A DNA stretch of 46,408 bases from Alphaproteobacteria bacterium (lineage in GTDB: Bacteria; Pseudomonadota; Alphaproteobacteria; JBFXJJ01): NCBI GenBank assembly GCA_050175015.1, contig JBFXJJ010000017.1, forward strand, positions 1-46,408, in the 5' to 3' direction. The notes beneath the pieces are model-generated. The model was not told the DNA's origin, did not search any database, and worked only from the letters and a program-made list of their open reading frames with translations. Positions within the stretch are counted from its first letter, which is position 1. Every line of letters starts with the position of its first letter. Positions 1 to 10,283 of this stretch are shown in pieces. The translations under genes and the position numbers were made by a program.

Positions 1-66
1 ACACTAATTAAAGATAAGGAGGTGATAAATAGAAATTTAAAAAAACTTTGCAAGAACAAACCCTGA
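1..66 (+). CDS. Possible 3' end of an upstream gene (truncated)
   Basis: Frame 1 is open from base 1 (TLIKDKEVINRNLKKLCKNKP*) and is followed directly by a terminator-like hairpin. Confidence 0.3.
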   Translation, partial: TLIKDKEVINRNLKKLCKNKP

Positions 67-70
67 TTTA

Positions 71-127
71 AAAAACGAGAGATTCCTTAAATGACCTAAA
101 TCTTTAAGAAATCTCTCGCTTTTTTTG
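71..127. terminator. Bidirectional intrinsic terminator
   Basis: Stem CGAGAGATTcCTTAAA...TTTAAGaAATCTCTCG (76-118) with an A-tract before and a T-tract after; downstream of upp. Confidence 0.7.
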
Positions 128-195
128 TGGTTTAAACGTAAGCCCCAAATTTAAGGACTTTTTTTAAAAAAGCCTTACAGCAAACAATGTAATTT

Positions 196-855
196 TTAAT
201 GTGTTTTGGTTCCAAAAAGCCTGTCCCCAGCATCACCTAATCCAGGAAGAATATATGCATTCTCATTTAGCTTTTCGTCCATTGCAGCGATATAAACAGG
301 GACATCAGGGTGTGCTTTTGAAAACACTTCAGCGCCTTCAGGAGCACCAACCAAAGCTAAAAACACAATATTTTCTGATGGAATTCCTCTTTTAATTAAA
401 ATATCAACAGCCGCAACTGCAGAATTACCTGTAGCAAGCATAGGATCAACAATTATGAATAAGCGCCCTTCCTGTTGTGGAATTTTTACTAAATATTCTA
501 CCGGTTTTTTAGTTTCTTCATCACGATAAAGCCCAATATGTCCTACTCTTGCGGAAGGAACCAGTTGAAGCAAACCGTCAGCCATACCAATTCCTGCTCT
601 TAAAATAGGAACAACTGTTAGCTTTTTTCCTGCAATGACTGGAGCTTTTTCCATACGACACAAAGGAGTTTCTATTGGCTCATAGGTAAGAGGAAGCTCT
701 CTTGTTACTTCATATCCCATAAGAAGAGCAATTTCTTTTAAAAGCTCTCTGAACGTACGAGTCGATGTTTCAATATCTCTCATCTTTGTCAGTTTATGTT
801 GGATTAATGGGTGTTCTACAATAAAAATGTTTTTATAATCCCTAAATTTTTTCAT
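196..855 (-). CDS. upp: Uracil phosphoribosyltransferase
   Basis: Motifs [24 protein letters not shown] and [16 protein letters not shown]. Confidence 0.98.
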   Translation of the reverse strand: MKKFRDYKNIFIVEHPLIQHKLTKMRDIETSTRTFRELLKEIALLMGYEVTRELPLTYEPIETPLCRMEKAPVIAGKKLTVVPILRAGIGMADGLLQLVPSARVGHIGLYRDEETKKPVEYLVKIPQQEGRLFIIVDPMLATGNSAVAAVDILIKRGIPSENIVFLALVGAPEGAEVFSKAHPDVPVYIAAMDEKLNENAYILPGLGDAGDRLFGTKTH

Positions 856-1073
856 CTTATAAAGCTCCCTTACTTGCTTATATGTCCTTGCTGTTCAAAT
901 CTTTTTTCAAAAAAACTGGGTTTTATATAACACGCATTTTTTTAAATACTACCCCTAACCTTGTTTTTTCCACCATAAAAATAAAAAAGATAAAATTTTT
1001 ATAAAATTGCTTGGTCTATAGAAAATTTAGGGATAATCTATACTGCTAACCTTAAATTATTTAAGAGAAATAT

Positions 1074-1478
1074 ATGATTAATCTAGAAAAAATGATCAAT
1101 TTAGCTAGAATTGCTGTCGAAAACGCTTATGCCCCTTATTCCAAATTTCCAGTCGGTGCCGTAGTTATGGGCACATCAGGAAATCTATATGTTGGCTGTA
1201 ACGTTGAAAACGCAGCATATCCCTCGGGATCTTGCGCTGAACAATCGGCTATTGCCGCTATGGTTGCCGCGGGAGAAACTGAAATTGAAGCAATTCTTGT
1301 TATGGGAAAAGGCGAAAATTTAGTATCACCTTGTGGTGCTTGCCGTCAACGAATCAGAGAATTTGCAAAAAAAAATATACCCGTTTATATTTGTGGATTA
1401 GATGGCGTCCGAAAAGAAACAACTATAGAGGAATTACTTCCTTATTCTTTCGGCCCTCAAAACTTAGACTTAAAATAA
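1074..1478 (+). CDS. cdd: Cytidine deaminase (homotetrameric type)
   Basis: AYAPYSKFPVGA, NVENAAY, and the CAE and PCGACRQ zinc motifs. Confidence 0.97.
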   Translation: MINLEKMINLARIAVENAYAPYSKFPVGAVVMGTSGNLYVGCNVENAAYPSGSCAEQSAIAAMVAAGETEIEAILVMGKGENLVSPCGACRQRIREFAKKNIPVYICGLDGVRKETTIEELLPYSFGPQNLDLK

Positions 1479-1511
1479 CAAAAAGTAATATTCTTTTAGG
1501 AGAAAATCTTT

Positions 1512-2330
1512 ATGAATGAACAAATAAGAGCTGTAACAGCCGCTATTAGCGCTAGAACTCAAAACTACTTACCAGAAACCGCTATTATTTTAGGAAGCGG
1601 ACTTGGCGGGCTTGCTGATAATATCGAAAACCCTATAATTATTCCTTACGAAGAAATTAGAGATTTCCCACATTCAACAGTTCAAGGCCATGCTGGACGT
1701 CTAGTGATTGGAACTTTAGGCGGCAAAGAAGTTGTTTGTTTACAAGGTCGTGTCCATCTTTATGAAGGACATACTCCTGAAAAAATCTCTCTTGTCATTA
1801 GGGTTTTAAGATCTTTGGGTGTTAAAAATCTGATTTTAACCAATGCTGCAGGCAGTGTAAAAAAAGATATGCCTTCTGGAAGCCTTATGGTTATTTCCGA
1901 TCACATTAATTTTTCTGGTTTTAACCCACTCATTGGCATCAACGATGACAACTTTGGTCCTAGATTTCCAGATATGTCTTATGCTTACAATTTAGAATTT
2001 CGCAATGCTATCAAAGAATGCGGCAAAAAAGAAGATGTCGATATGTTTGAAGGTTCTTACCTTATGGTTGCTGGTCCTAACTTTGAAACCCCTGCTGAAA
2101 TTAGGGCATTCCAGACTTTAGGAGCAAGTGCTGTCGGTATGTCAACTGTTCCAGAATGCTTGGTCGCAGTTCACTGCGGAATGAAAGTCGCTGGTATTTC
2201 AGTTATAACCAATTACGGTTCAGGTATGGTTAAAGAAAAGCAAACCCACGATGAAACTATTGAACAAGCAGATAAAGCAAGTAAAAAATTACAAAAGATT
2301 TTAACTAGATTTATTAAGGAGAAAATATAA
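1512..2330 (+). CDS. punA: Purine nucleoside phosphorylase, trimeric (PunA/XapA type)
   Basis: ILGSGLG, GHAG, GRVHLYEG, TNAAG, GPNFETPAE, VGMSTVPE. Confidence 0.93.
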   Translation: MNEQIRAVTAAISARTQNYLPETAIILGSGLGGLADNIENPIIIPYEEIRDFPHSTVQGHAGRLVIGTLGGKEVVCLQGRVHLYEGHTPEKISLVIRVLRSLGVKNLILTNAAGSVKKDMPSGSLMVISDHINFSGFNPLIGINDDNFGPRFPDMSYAYNLEFRNAIKECGKKEDVDMFEGSYLMVAGPNFETPAEIRAFQTLGASAVGMSTVPECLVAVHCGMKVAGISVITNYGSGMVKEKQTHDETIEQADKASKKLQKILTRFIKEKI

Positions 2331-3091
2331 TGACCGAACAAGAAATGGCAAAGAAAGCTATCTCATTGCTTGACCTTACAAGTCTTAACGAAAATGACAA
2401 TGATGAAGCAGTTATCAAACTTTGTGAACGTGCAAACAGCAAATTTGGCAAGGCTGCCGCTGTTTGTGTTTGGTCAAAATTCATTCCTTTATGCAAAAAA
2501 GAGTTAGAAGGCACTGGGATAAAAATTGCAACCGTTGTTAACTTTCCAGAAGGCAGCACAGATATTGATAAAACCGTAGCCGAAACTAAACAGGCAATTA
2601 AAGATGGCGCTGATGAAATCGACGTTGTTTTCCCATATAAAGCTTTTCTTGAAGGCGACAAAGAAATCGGCAAAAAACTTGTTGAAGCAACGAGGAAAGC
2701 CTGCGGGGATAAAATTAAATTGAAAGTCATTATTGAATCAGGCGTTTTAGAAAAATCTGTTTATATCGCAGAAGCTTCAAGAATAGCGATTGATGCTGGT
2801 GCAGACTTTATCAAAACATCAACTGGAAAAACCAAAGTATCAGCAACCGTTGAAGCTGCCAATGCCATGATTGAATCGATTAAACTTTCAGGCAAAAAAG
2901 TTGGTTTCAAAGCATCTGGCGGCATCAGAGACCGCAAACAAGCTGCTGCTTATTTAACTATTGCTAAATCTATTATGGGTGAAAACTGGATTTCATCTCA
3001 AAACTTCCGCTTTGGTGCTAGCGGTTTGCTAGACGACTTATTAGCTGCACTAGGAGAAAATGCAACCAACAAAGCAGAAGGAGGCTACTAA
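2330..3091 (+). CDS. deoC: Deoxyribose-phosphate aldolase
   Basis: LLDLTSL, TVVNFPEG, GADEID, FIKTSTGK, KASGGIR, FRFGASGLL. Confidence 0.97.
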   Translation: MTEQEMAKKAISLLDLTSLNENDNDEAVIKLCERANSKFGKAAAVCVWSKFIPLCKKELEGTGIKIATVVNFPEGSTDIDKTVAETKQAIKDGADEIDVVFPYKAFLEGDKEIGKKLVEATRKACGDKIKLKVIIESGVLEKSVYIAEASRIAIDAGADFIKTSTGKTKVSATVEAANAMIESIKLSGKKVGFKASGGIRDRKQAAAYLTIAKSIMGENWISSQNFRFGASGLLDDLLAALGENATNKAEGGY

Positions 3092-4410
3092 TGCTACCTC
3101 AAGAAATTATTCGCCACAAAAGAAACAAACAAAAACTTTCAAAAGAAGAAATTGACTTTTTCATTAAAGGCGTTGCTAGTTGGTCAGTTTCAGAATGTCA
3201 GATTGCCGCTCTTACCATGGCCATTTATTTAAATGGTATGGAAAAAGATGAGGTGGTGAATTTAACAAAGGCTATGACCCACTCTGGTTCTGTTATTAGA
3301 TGGGCAGAAAAAGATTTGGGAGGTCCTGTTTTAGATAAGCATTCAACTGGCGGTGTCGGCGACAAAGTAAGCTTAATGCTGGCTCCTATGGTCGCGGCTT
3401 GTGGTGGCTTTGTTCCTATGATTTCAGGACGTGGTCTTGGTCATACAGGTGGAACTTTAGATAAGTTTGATTCTATTCCTGGTTACAATACAACTCCAGA
3501 TCTTGACGTTTTCAGCAAGGTTACTAAAGAAGTTGGTTGCGCTATTATTGGACAAACCGCAGATTTAGCACCAGCAGATAAACGTGTTTATGCTGTTAGA
3601 GATGTTACCGCAACCGTTGAGTCTATTCCTCTTATAACCGCTTCTATTCTTTCCAAAAAACTCTCAGCAGGTCTTGATTCTTTGGTTATGGATTTAAAAG
3701 TTGGAACTGGTGCGTTTATGGACAATATGGAAGATGCTAGAGCTTTAGCTCATTCTATTGTTAAAGTTGCCGCTGGTGCAGGCTTGCCAACCAATGCTAT
3801 CATAACAGATATGAATGAAGTATTAGGCGATAACGCTGGCAATGCCGTTGAGGTTGTGGAGGCTGTTGATTATTTAACTGGCAAATACCGCGATCCAAGA
3901 CTTCACGAAGTTACTATGGCTTTATGTGCCGAACTTCTTATTCTAGGAAGACTTGTTTCCAGCCGCGAAGAAGCTCACAAAAAACTTCAAGAAGTTTTAG
4001 ACAACGGCAAAGCTGCTGAACTTTTCCAAAAAATGGTATTTAATTTAGGGGGACCAATTGATTTTGTTTCCAACCCAGAAAAACATCTGCCCAAAGCTAA
4101 TGTTATCAAACCTATTTTCTCAGAAAAAGAAGGCTTTATCTCTGCGGTTGATACTAGAGGTGTTGGACTTGCTGTTATTACATTAGGCGGCGGAAGAGTT
4201 CACCCAGAACAAACCTTAAATTACTCAGTAGGCTTTACTAAAATAGCCCATATCGGCGATAGAGTAGGCAAAGATATGCCTTTAGCTATTGTTCACGCCG
4301 ATGATGAAGCTGTTATTAATGATGTTTCTTCTCAGTTATCTAAAGCTTTCACTATTAGTGACAGTAAACCAGAAAAACAAAAAGTAATTTACGAAACTAT
4401 TACGGAGTAA
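3091..4410 (+). CDS. deoA: Thymidine phosphorylase (canonical copy)
   Basis: DKHSTGGVGDKVS, SGRGLGHTGGTLDK, RDVTAT and SILSKK are all intact. Confidence 0.96.
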   Translation: MLPQEIIRHKRNKQKLSKEEIDFFIKGVASWSVSECQIAALTMAIYLNGMEKDEVVNLTKAMTHSGSVIRWAEKDLGGPVLDKHSTGGVGDKVSLMLAPMVAACGGFVPMISGRGLGHTGGTLDKFDSIPGYNTTPDLDVFSKVTKEVGCAIIGQTADLAPADKRVYAVRDVTATVESIPLITASILSKKLSAGLDSLVMDLKVGTGAFMDNMEDARALAHSIVKVAAGAGLPTNAIITDMNEVLGDNAGNAVEVVEAVDYLTGKYRDPRLHEVTMALCAELLILGRLVSSREEAHKKLQEVLDNGKAAELFQKMVFNLGGPIDFVSNPEKHLPKANVIKPIFSEKEGFISAVDTRGVGLAVITLGGGRVHPEQTLNYSVGFTKIAHIGDRVGKDMPLAIVHADDEAVINDVSSQLSKAFTISDSKPEKQKVIYETITE

Positions 4411-4413
4411 ATA

Positions 4414-5634
4414 ATGAAACGTGTTTTTATTCTTATGCTTGATTCTTTCGGCGTTGGAGAAATGCCCGATGCCAAAATGTTTGGGGACAGCGGCGCTAAT
4501 ACCTTAATGAGTATTGCTAATGCCTGCGCTCAAGGAAAAGGTGATAATGAACAAAGAAAGGGAGCGTTAAAACTTCCTAACCTTGCTAGACTTGGGCTGG
4601 GAAAACTTGCTCAAGATGTTGCAGGTTCCTGCCCTAAAGGCTTAGAATATGATGGTGAACCAAAGTCAAAATATGGCTATGCCTGCGAAATAAGCAAAGG
4701 CAAAGATACCCCAAGTGGACACTGGGAAATGGCTGGAGTTCCCGTTCTTTTTGATTGGGGATATTTCAAACCAGATTATCCAAGTTTTCCTGAAGAATTA
4801 ATCAAAGAATTTTGTGAAAAAGGCAAAATTGATGGTATTTTAGGCAACAAAGCAGCCTCTGGCACTGAAATCCTTGAAGAATTAGGTGAAGAACATATCA
4901 AAACAGGTAAGCCTATTTGTTATACTTCAGCTGACAGTGTTTTCCAAATTGCGGCTCACGAAACCCATTTTGGCTTAGAGCGCCTCTATGATTTATGCCA
5001 TATTGCCCGTGACTTATGCGATAAATATAACATTGGTCGTGTTATTGCCCGCCCTTTTATTGGCGAAACCAAAGCCGATTTTAAGCGCACAGGTAATCGT
5101 CACGATTATTCTGTTTTACCACCTTCAAAAACGGTTTTGGAAAGACTAAAAGATGCTGGCGGTCAAGTTGTTTCTATTGGAAAAATCAGCGATATATATG
5201 CCCATCAAGGAATAACCAAGCAAGTTAAAGCAACAGGTCTTGAAGAAATTTTCGATCGTGCTTTAGAGGAAATTGAAGCCGCTAAAGACAACACCATCGT
5301 TTTCCCTAATTTTGTTGACTTTGATATGCTTTATGGTCACCGCCGTGATGTTGCAGGTTATGCTGCCGCTTTGGAATATTTTGACTCTCGTCTTCCTGAA
5401 ATTGAGAAAATATTAAAAGAAGATGATGTCGTTTTCATTACGGCTGACCATGGCTGCGATCCAACCGCAAAGGGCACGGATCACACCAGAGAACATGTTC
5501 CTGTTATCGCTTTTGGCCCCAAAGTATCACCTAAAAACATTGGAAAACGTGAAACTTTTGCTGATATCGGACAGTCTATTGCAAAAATTTTTAATTTAAC
5601 TAAAATGGACTACGGGACATCCTTTATCGATTAG
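4414..5634 (+). CDS. deoB: Phosphopentomutase
   Basis: [52 protein letters not shown]. Confidence 0.97.
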   Translation: MKRVFILMLDSFGVGEMPDAKMFGDSGANTLMSIANACAQGKGDNEQRKGALKLPNLARLGLGKLAQDVAGSCPKGLEYDGEPKSKYGYACEISKGKDTPSGHWEMAGVPVLFDWGYFKPDYPSFPEELIKEFCEKGKIDGILGNKAASGTEILEELGEEHIKTGKPICYTSADSVFQIAAHETHFGLERLYDLCHIARDLCDKYNIGRVIARPFIGETKADFKRTGNRHDYSVLPPSKTVLERLKDAGGQVVSIGKISDIYAHQGITKQVKATGLEEIFDRALEEIEAAKDNTIVFPNFVDFDMLYGHRRDVAGYAAALEYFDSRLPEIEKILKEDDVVFITADHGCDPTAKGTDHTREHVPVIAFGPKVSPKNIGKRETFADIGQSIAKIFNLTKMDYGTSFID

Positions 5635-5865
5635 TTTTTTATAACTTATAAGGAGAGAAAAAGCTTTGGCAATTTCGGTCATATTTAAAATCAGATTATT
5701 AATATTTTTATTTTTTAATAAAATTACTAATTTTTTGAATGATGAAAATGTCAAAGTCTCTTTAAGTTGCTCTCTTAAGAGTCCCTTAAATATAAAATTT
5801 ATCTTGTTAGATATGAGGTAAATTTTATATCCTTATAAAAATAAAAAATGAGAAAAGGTGAAAAG

Positions 5866-7203
5866 ATGATACTGCCGCAAGAAATAATCCGAAAAAAAAG
5901 AGATGGCGAAGAACTTTCAACCAAAGACATTGAGCAATTTATTGAGGGTATAAAAGATTGGTCAATATCTGATGGGCAAATCGCAGCTTTTGCAATGGCG
6001 ATTGTTATCAATGGTATGACAAACGATGAAACCGTTGCAATGATTAATGCCGTTGTTGATACTGGTATGGTTATTGATTGGTCAACAGTTGATTTAAACG
6101 GTCCCGTTGTTGATGGACATACCACTGGCGGCGTTGGAGATAAAACCGACATTCTTTATGCGCCAATTCTTGCTGCTTGCGGAGCTCACGTTCCGATGAT
6201 TTCCGGACACGGACTTCATTATACAGGCGGTACCCTTGATAAAATGGAAAGCATTGTTAATTATAACAGTGTTCCAGAAACCAGTAAATTTAAAGAAACG
6301 GTAAAAAACGCTGGCTGCGCTATTATTGGAGCAACCCCCAACCTTATTTCTGTTGACCGCAGAATTTACCCTATTAGAGATATTACCGCAACCATCAACT
6401 CTGTTCCTCTGATTACCACATCTATCATCTCTAAAAAAATTGCCGCAGGTATTAAAGATGGCTTAGTTTTTGATGTCAAAAACGGTAATGGCACATTCAC
6501 AGCAACCCTTGAAGAAACAACTGAACTTGCCAAATCACTGGTTATTAACGCTAATAAAATCGGGCTGCCAACTGCCGCTATTATCTCGGATATGAATCAA
6601 GTTATGGGACATAACGCAGGTAATGCTCTTGAAATTTTAGAATGTATTGAATTTTTAACAGGCAAGAGAAGAGAAGCCCGCCTTCAAGAAATTGTAACAG
6701 CAGCCTGCGCTGAAGCTCTGGTTGTAAGTAAACTTGCGCTAAATATTGACGAAGCTAAAGCCAAAATAGGTGAAGTCCTTGATAACGGCAAAGCAGCCGA
6801 AGCCTTTGCCAAAATGGTTGCATCACTAGGTGGTGACAGCAACATAATTGAAAAGCCTGAAGACAAACTTCCTAAGGCAAAGTATAGCAAAGCTATATAT
6901 CCTAAAGAAGCTGGAATTGTCACCAGTATGAATACCAGATGGTTTGGTCTTTCCGTTGTCCATTTAGGCGGTGGCAGGCTTTATTTATCTCAAAAACTTG
7001 ACTACGCCGCAGGTTTTTCTGAAATAGCAGCCGTAGGTGAAAGAGTTGATGACAACCGACCTCTCGCAATTGCTCACGCAGAAACAGAAGAAGCCTGTGA
7101 AATGGCAGTAACCCATATTAGAGGTGCTGTTAACATTGGTGAAGAACAAATAAAGACAACGCCTCCAATATATCAAAAAATTACTGCTGATGATGTAAAA
7201 TAG
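5866..7203 (+). CDS. Thymidine-phosphorylase paralog with an altered phosphate site
   Basis: Full-length similarity to the deoA at 3091 (ILPQEIIR, GGVGDK, TGGTLDK, RDITAT, SKK). Start placed at ATG 5866 after AAGGTG, matching the N-terminus of the first copy. Confidence 0.88.
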   Translation: MILPQEIIRKKRDGEELSTKDIEQFIEGIKDWSISDGQIAAFAMAIVINGMTNDETVAMINAVVDTGMVIDWSTVDLNGPVVDGHTTGGVGDKTDILYAPILAACGAHVPMISGHGLHYTGGTLDKMESIVNYNSVPETSKFKETVKNAGCAIIGATPNLISVDRRIYPIRDITATINSVPLITTSIISKKIAAGIKDGLVFDVKNGNGTFTATLEETTELAKSLVINANKIGLPTAAIISDMNQVMGHNAGNALEILECIEFLTGKRREARLQEIVTAACAEALVVSKLALNIDEAKAKIGEVLDNGKAAEAFAKMVASLGGDSNIIEKPEDKLPKAKYSKAIYPKEAGIVTSMNTRWFGLSVVHLGGGRLYLSQKLDYAAGFSEIAAVGERVDDNRPLAIAHAETEEACEMAVTHIRGAVNIGEEQIKTTPPIYQKITADDVK

Positions 7204-7271
7204 CATCTTTTTTGTTTCTTAATTTACTTTTGTTTTTGTCATTTAATTATTAAAGGTTTATAAATAGCCTT

Positions 7272-8327
7272 ATGAAGCACTATGGAAAAATCATCGGAGC
7301 CGCTATCGGTCTCTTTATTGCTTGGCCATACGGCATATTTTTTGGTGCCGTTGCGGGGTATTATTTGTTTGATAAAAACCCCAATGATCAAAAACTAAAA
7401 GAAATAACAAGATATTTTAAAAACTACGTCAAAGAGCATAAAGACAAACTAACGCTGTCATATTTATTAAACCCTCGCCAAGTTTTTATCGGCAAAATAA
7501 CTATCGGTATAATTGGTTTATTATTCTTTGGCTTTCCTGGTCTTGTTCTAGGAGTTGCAACTGGGCATATTTTTATTGACTGCAATGATGTTGCCCCAAC
7601 CCATATTATAAAAGAACGCCTTTCTGAATTATTAAATTACATTCCACACAGTGAACTTTTTGATCCCTTTAAGCATATTGCCAAATCACGCAGCGCAAAA
7701 AATGTTGCCTTTATGCAGCATATGACTATTCTTGCTGCCAAACTTTCTAAAGCTGATGGCGTTGTTAGCAAAGAAGAAGTCGCAGCATTTAAAAAACTCT
7801 TTAATATCTCACCCAAAGATTTTGGCAAAATTGGAAAAACATTTGACGCGGCAAAAAAGACATCAGATGATTTTGAACCTTCAGCTAAACAGCTTTATAT
7901 CTTGTTTAAAGATGACCAAAAAACTTTAGAGCGTATTTTGGAATATCTCTTTTTTATAGCCGCTGCAGACGAAGAAATTAACGATAAGGAAATGGATTTT
8001 TTAGAAAATATTGCTGAGTTCCTTAATATTGATAAAGGACAATTTAACAATGTTTATGAAATATTTACCCATACGAAAGCTACCGGCAAAAAGCGCAGCA
8101 AACTACGTAAAAAGAGGTCATCAGATCCTTATGATACTTTGGGAATATCACCCAATGCTAGCAATGCTGAAATAAAAAAAGCTTGGAAAAAATTAATTAG
8201 AGAACATCACCCCGATGCCCTCGCCGCTAAAGGCTTGTCCGAAAAGATGCTGGAACAAGCAACCAAAAAAATGGCTGAAATCAATGCGGCTTATGATAGA
8301 ATTGCCACCGATCGGGGCATTAAATAA
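7272..8327 (+). CDS. djlA: DjlA-like co-chaperone (TM segments, TerB-like domain, C-terminal J domain)
   Basis: N-terminal GKIIGAAIG; LAAKLSKADGVVSKEE; DPYDTLGI...HHPD...INAAYD. Confidence 0.85.
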   Translation: MKHYGKIIGAAIGLFIAWPYGIFFGAVAGYYLFDKNPNDQKLKEITRYFKNYVKEHKDKLTLSYLLNPRQVFIGKITIGIIGLLFFGFPGLVLGVATGHIFIDCNDVAPTHIIKERLSELLNYIPHSELFDPFKHIAKSRSAKNVAFMQHMTILAAKLSKADGVVSKEEVAAFKKLFNISPKDFGKIGKTFDAAKKTSDDFEPSAKQLYILFKDDQKTLERILEYLFFIAAADEEINDKEMDFLENIAEFLNIDKGQFNNVYEIFTHTKATGKKRSKLRKKRSSDPYDTLGISPNASNAEIKKAWKKLIREHHPDALAAKGLSEKMLEQATKKMAEINAAYDRIATDRGIK

Positions 8328-8339
8328 TATTACTATGAT

Positions 8340-8795
8340 ATGAAAAGTATTTATCTTTATCTCTTACTTGGATTTTTTTATCTTTTTGCCCCTAGGATAG
8401 AAGAGTATTTCTCTGAAAACATCATTACTCCAGATAATATTTTTTACAGTGCGCTCGGCTTTGTAATCATATGTGTCATCGCAAGGCTTTTTAGAAATCT
8501 CTACCTTTGGCTCCTAAAAAGCGAAGCTTCCATAAAAGATAGTGAGACAGCACAAAAACAAAAAGTCCCTCCTCCATTTAAAGATATGAGTTACGATCCC
8601 TATAAAGTATTAAATATAAGTCCTGATGCTTCTGATGAAGAAATAAAAAAACAATGGCTGAAACTTGTTAAAGCAAACCACCCCGATACTTTAAGTTCCA
8701 GCGAAAAGTCTGATGAAAAAATTGCAAACGCAACCAAGATGGTTTCTGATATCAACGCTGCTTATGACGATATTGTTAGAGAACGCAAGCTTTAA
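8340..8795 (+). CDS. Small membrane-anchored J-domain protein
   Basis: Two hydrophobic segments, then DPYKVLNI...ANHPD...INAAYD. Confidence 0.85.
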   Translation: MKSIYLYLLLGFFYLFAPRIEEYFSENIITPDNIFYSALGFVIICVIARLFRNLYLWLLKSEASIKDSETAQKQKVPPPFKDMSYDPYKVLNISPDASDEEIKKQWLKLVKANHPDTLSSSEKSDEKIANATKMVSDINAAYDDIVRERKL

Positions 8796-8946
8796 AATAA
8801 AAATGCGGCTGATTTAAAACATATTAAACTAATTTCTTTATTCCTAAGCTTAGAAACAAAAAGCCTTATCATTACTTTTGCTAAAAATTTAAACTATGCT
8901 AAGATGCCTGCGTTATTTTTTTAACCCTGCAACCTTAGTTTAATTA

Positions 8947-9645
8947 ATGGATAAATTACCAATTATTAAAGCCCCTTCTCCTAACTACAATGAACGGCGT
9001 AATAATGCCGAAATTGATATGCTTGTTATTCATTATACAGGAATGCCTACAAGCCAAGATGCTCTATTGCGAATGCAGCAAAAAGAGTCTGAAGTAAGTG
9101 CTCACTATATGATTGATGAAAATGGAGAAGTATATCAACTGGTTGAAGAAAAATATCGAGCGTGGCACGCAGGCGTTTCTTTTTGGCGTGGCAACAAAGA
9201 TGTCAACTCGTCCTCTATTGGGATTGAGCTCGTCAACAAAGGACACGAATTTGGCTATCATAACTTTGCTTCTTTACAAATGAAAAGCCTTATAACTCTT
9301 AGCAAAGAAATCCTAAACCGCTATAACATTCCACAATACAATATTGTTGGTCATTCTGATGTGTCGCCAACAAGAAAAACCGATCCAGGAGAACGGTTTG
9401 ATTGGAAAGAGCTACATAAAAATGGCATAGGGTTATGGATTAATGAAGATGATACTTTATACAAAGATATTGATACAATTAACTTTGATACTTCTAAAGG
9501 ACTTGCTTTAATAGGTTATGATATATCTGACTTAGAGGCTGCAATTATTGCCTTTAAGCGCCACTTTATGGCTGATTACAATTTAACCCCCCAAATAGAC
9601 AGCAAAACCTTTTTTCGAATTTTTCAAATATCCCACTTGATATAA
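8947..9645 (+). CDS. N-acetylmuramoyl-L-alanine amidase (Amidase_2, AmpD/AmiD family)
   Basis: IHYTGM, VSAHY, RAWHAGVS, SIGIELVN, GHSDVSPTRKTDPG. Confidence 0.92.
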   Translation: MDKLPIIKAPSPNYNERRNNAEIDMLVIHYTGMPTSQDALLRMQQKESEVSAHYMIDENGEVYQLVEEKYRAWHAGVSFWRGNKDVNSSSIGIELVNKGHEFGYHNFASLQMKSLITLSKEILNRYNIPQYNIVGHSDVSPTRKTDPGERFDWKELHKNGIGLWINEDDTLYKDIDTINFDTSKGLALIGYDISDLEAAIIAFKRHFMADYNLTPQIDSKTFFRIFQISHLI

Positions 9646-9665
9646 TCGCAAAAAAAAACTAGCCT
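9637..9665 (+). promoter_or_regulatory. Sigma70-type promoter of rnpB
   Basis: TTGATA-N17-TAGCCT ending a few bases before the predicted 5' end of the RNA. Confidence 0.55.
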
Positions 9666-9671
9666 TACCAT

Positions 9672-10048
9672 AAAGTAGATGACCGAACGATCGCTTGCTT
9701 TGTTTAAAGCAGGAGGAAAGTCTGGGCTCCATGGAAATATAGTGCCAGATAACGTCTGGCAAAGGTAACTTTAGGGAAAGTGCCACAGAAAGCAAACCGC
9801 CTTTGTCCGCAAAGGTAAGGGTGAAAGGGTGAGGTAAGAGCTTACCGCATTGCTGGCAACAGTAATGGCATGGTAAACCCCACTAGGAGCAAGACCAAGA
9901 ATTCAGCACGCTTTTTGCGTAAAGAGCTAATTTCCAAGCTGCTGTGTGGTAGGTCGCGAGAGGCTGCAAGCAATTCCAGCCCTAGATGAATGATCGTTGC
10001 GCAAATTAAAATTTGCAGACAGAACCCAGCTTACAGGTCATCTACTTT
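9672..10048 (+). ncRNA. rnpB: RNase P RNA (type A)
   Basis: GAGGAAAGTCTGGGCTCC, AGTGCCACAGAAA, GGTAAACCCC and ACAGAACCCAGCTTACAG. The ends pair as P1 (AAAGTAGATGACC / GGTCATCTACTTT). Confidence 0.97.
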
Positions 10049-10092
10049 TTACTAAATTCCACATTTTTTATCATTAAATTAGGTTTGTTTTT

Positions 10093-10268
10093 TACTACAT
10101 ATAGTGTCGCCTAAACATCTTTACGACTCGAGTTCAATCTTTTAAATAAAATTAAATGAGACTCGCCTATTCTTAACTATATTTTCATCATTTTATGCAA
10201 AAAATGTTTTATTTTTTAACTGTAGCAGAAACACCACATCATATGATTGTGACTACTACATATAGTGT
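10093..10268. repeat. Exact 15-bp direct repeat TACTACATATAGTGT (10093-10107 and 10254-10268), NrdR-box-like
   Basis: Two identical copies; the reverse complement ACACTATATGTAGTA resembles the NrdR consensus acaCwAtATaTwGtgt. Confidence 0.55.
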
Positions 10269-10283
10269 TAACCCTTTTTTAAC
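10268..10283 (+). promoter_or_regulatory. CtrA-type box
   Basis: TTAA-CCCTTTT-TTAAC matches TTAA-N7-TTAAC, upstream of the dcw operon. AT-rich context lowers specificity. Confidence 0.5.

Noticed and set aside
17-27. AAGGAGGTGAT, the complement of the 16S rRNA 3' end or a perfect RBS
   Set aside because: Flanks show no rRNA similarity and no start codon follows at normal spacing; it fits codons of an upstream gene tail.
5296-5325. DeoB motif reads FPNFVDFD where FTNFVDFD is typical
   Set aside because: A single substitution with metal ligands intact; could be a variant or a base-call error.
8807-8826. GGCTGATTTAAAA(T)CATATT shared with 43557-43576
   Set aside because: Short and AT-rich with no shared context; chance cannot be excluded.
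9583-9795. 70-aa minus-strand ORF
   Set aside because: Antisense to the amidase end and RNase P RNA; spurious.
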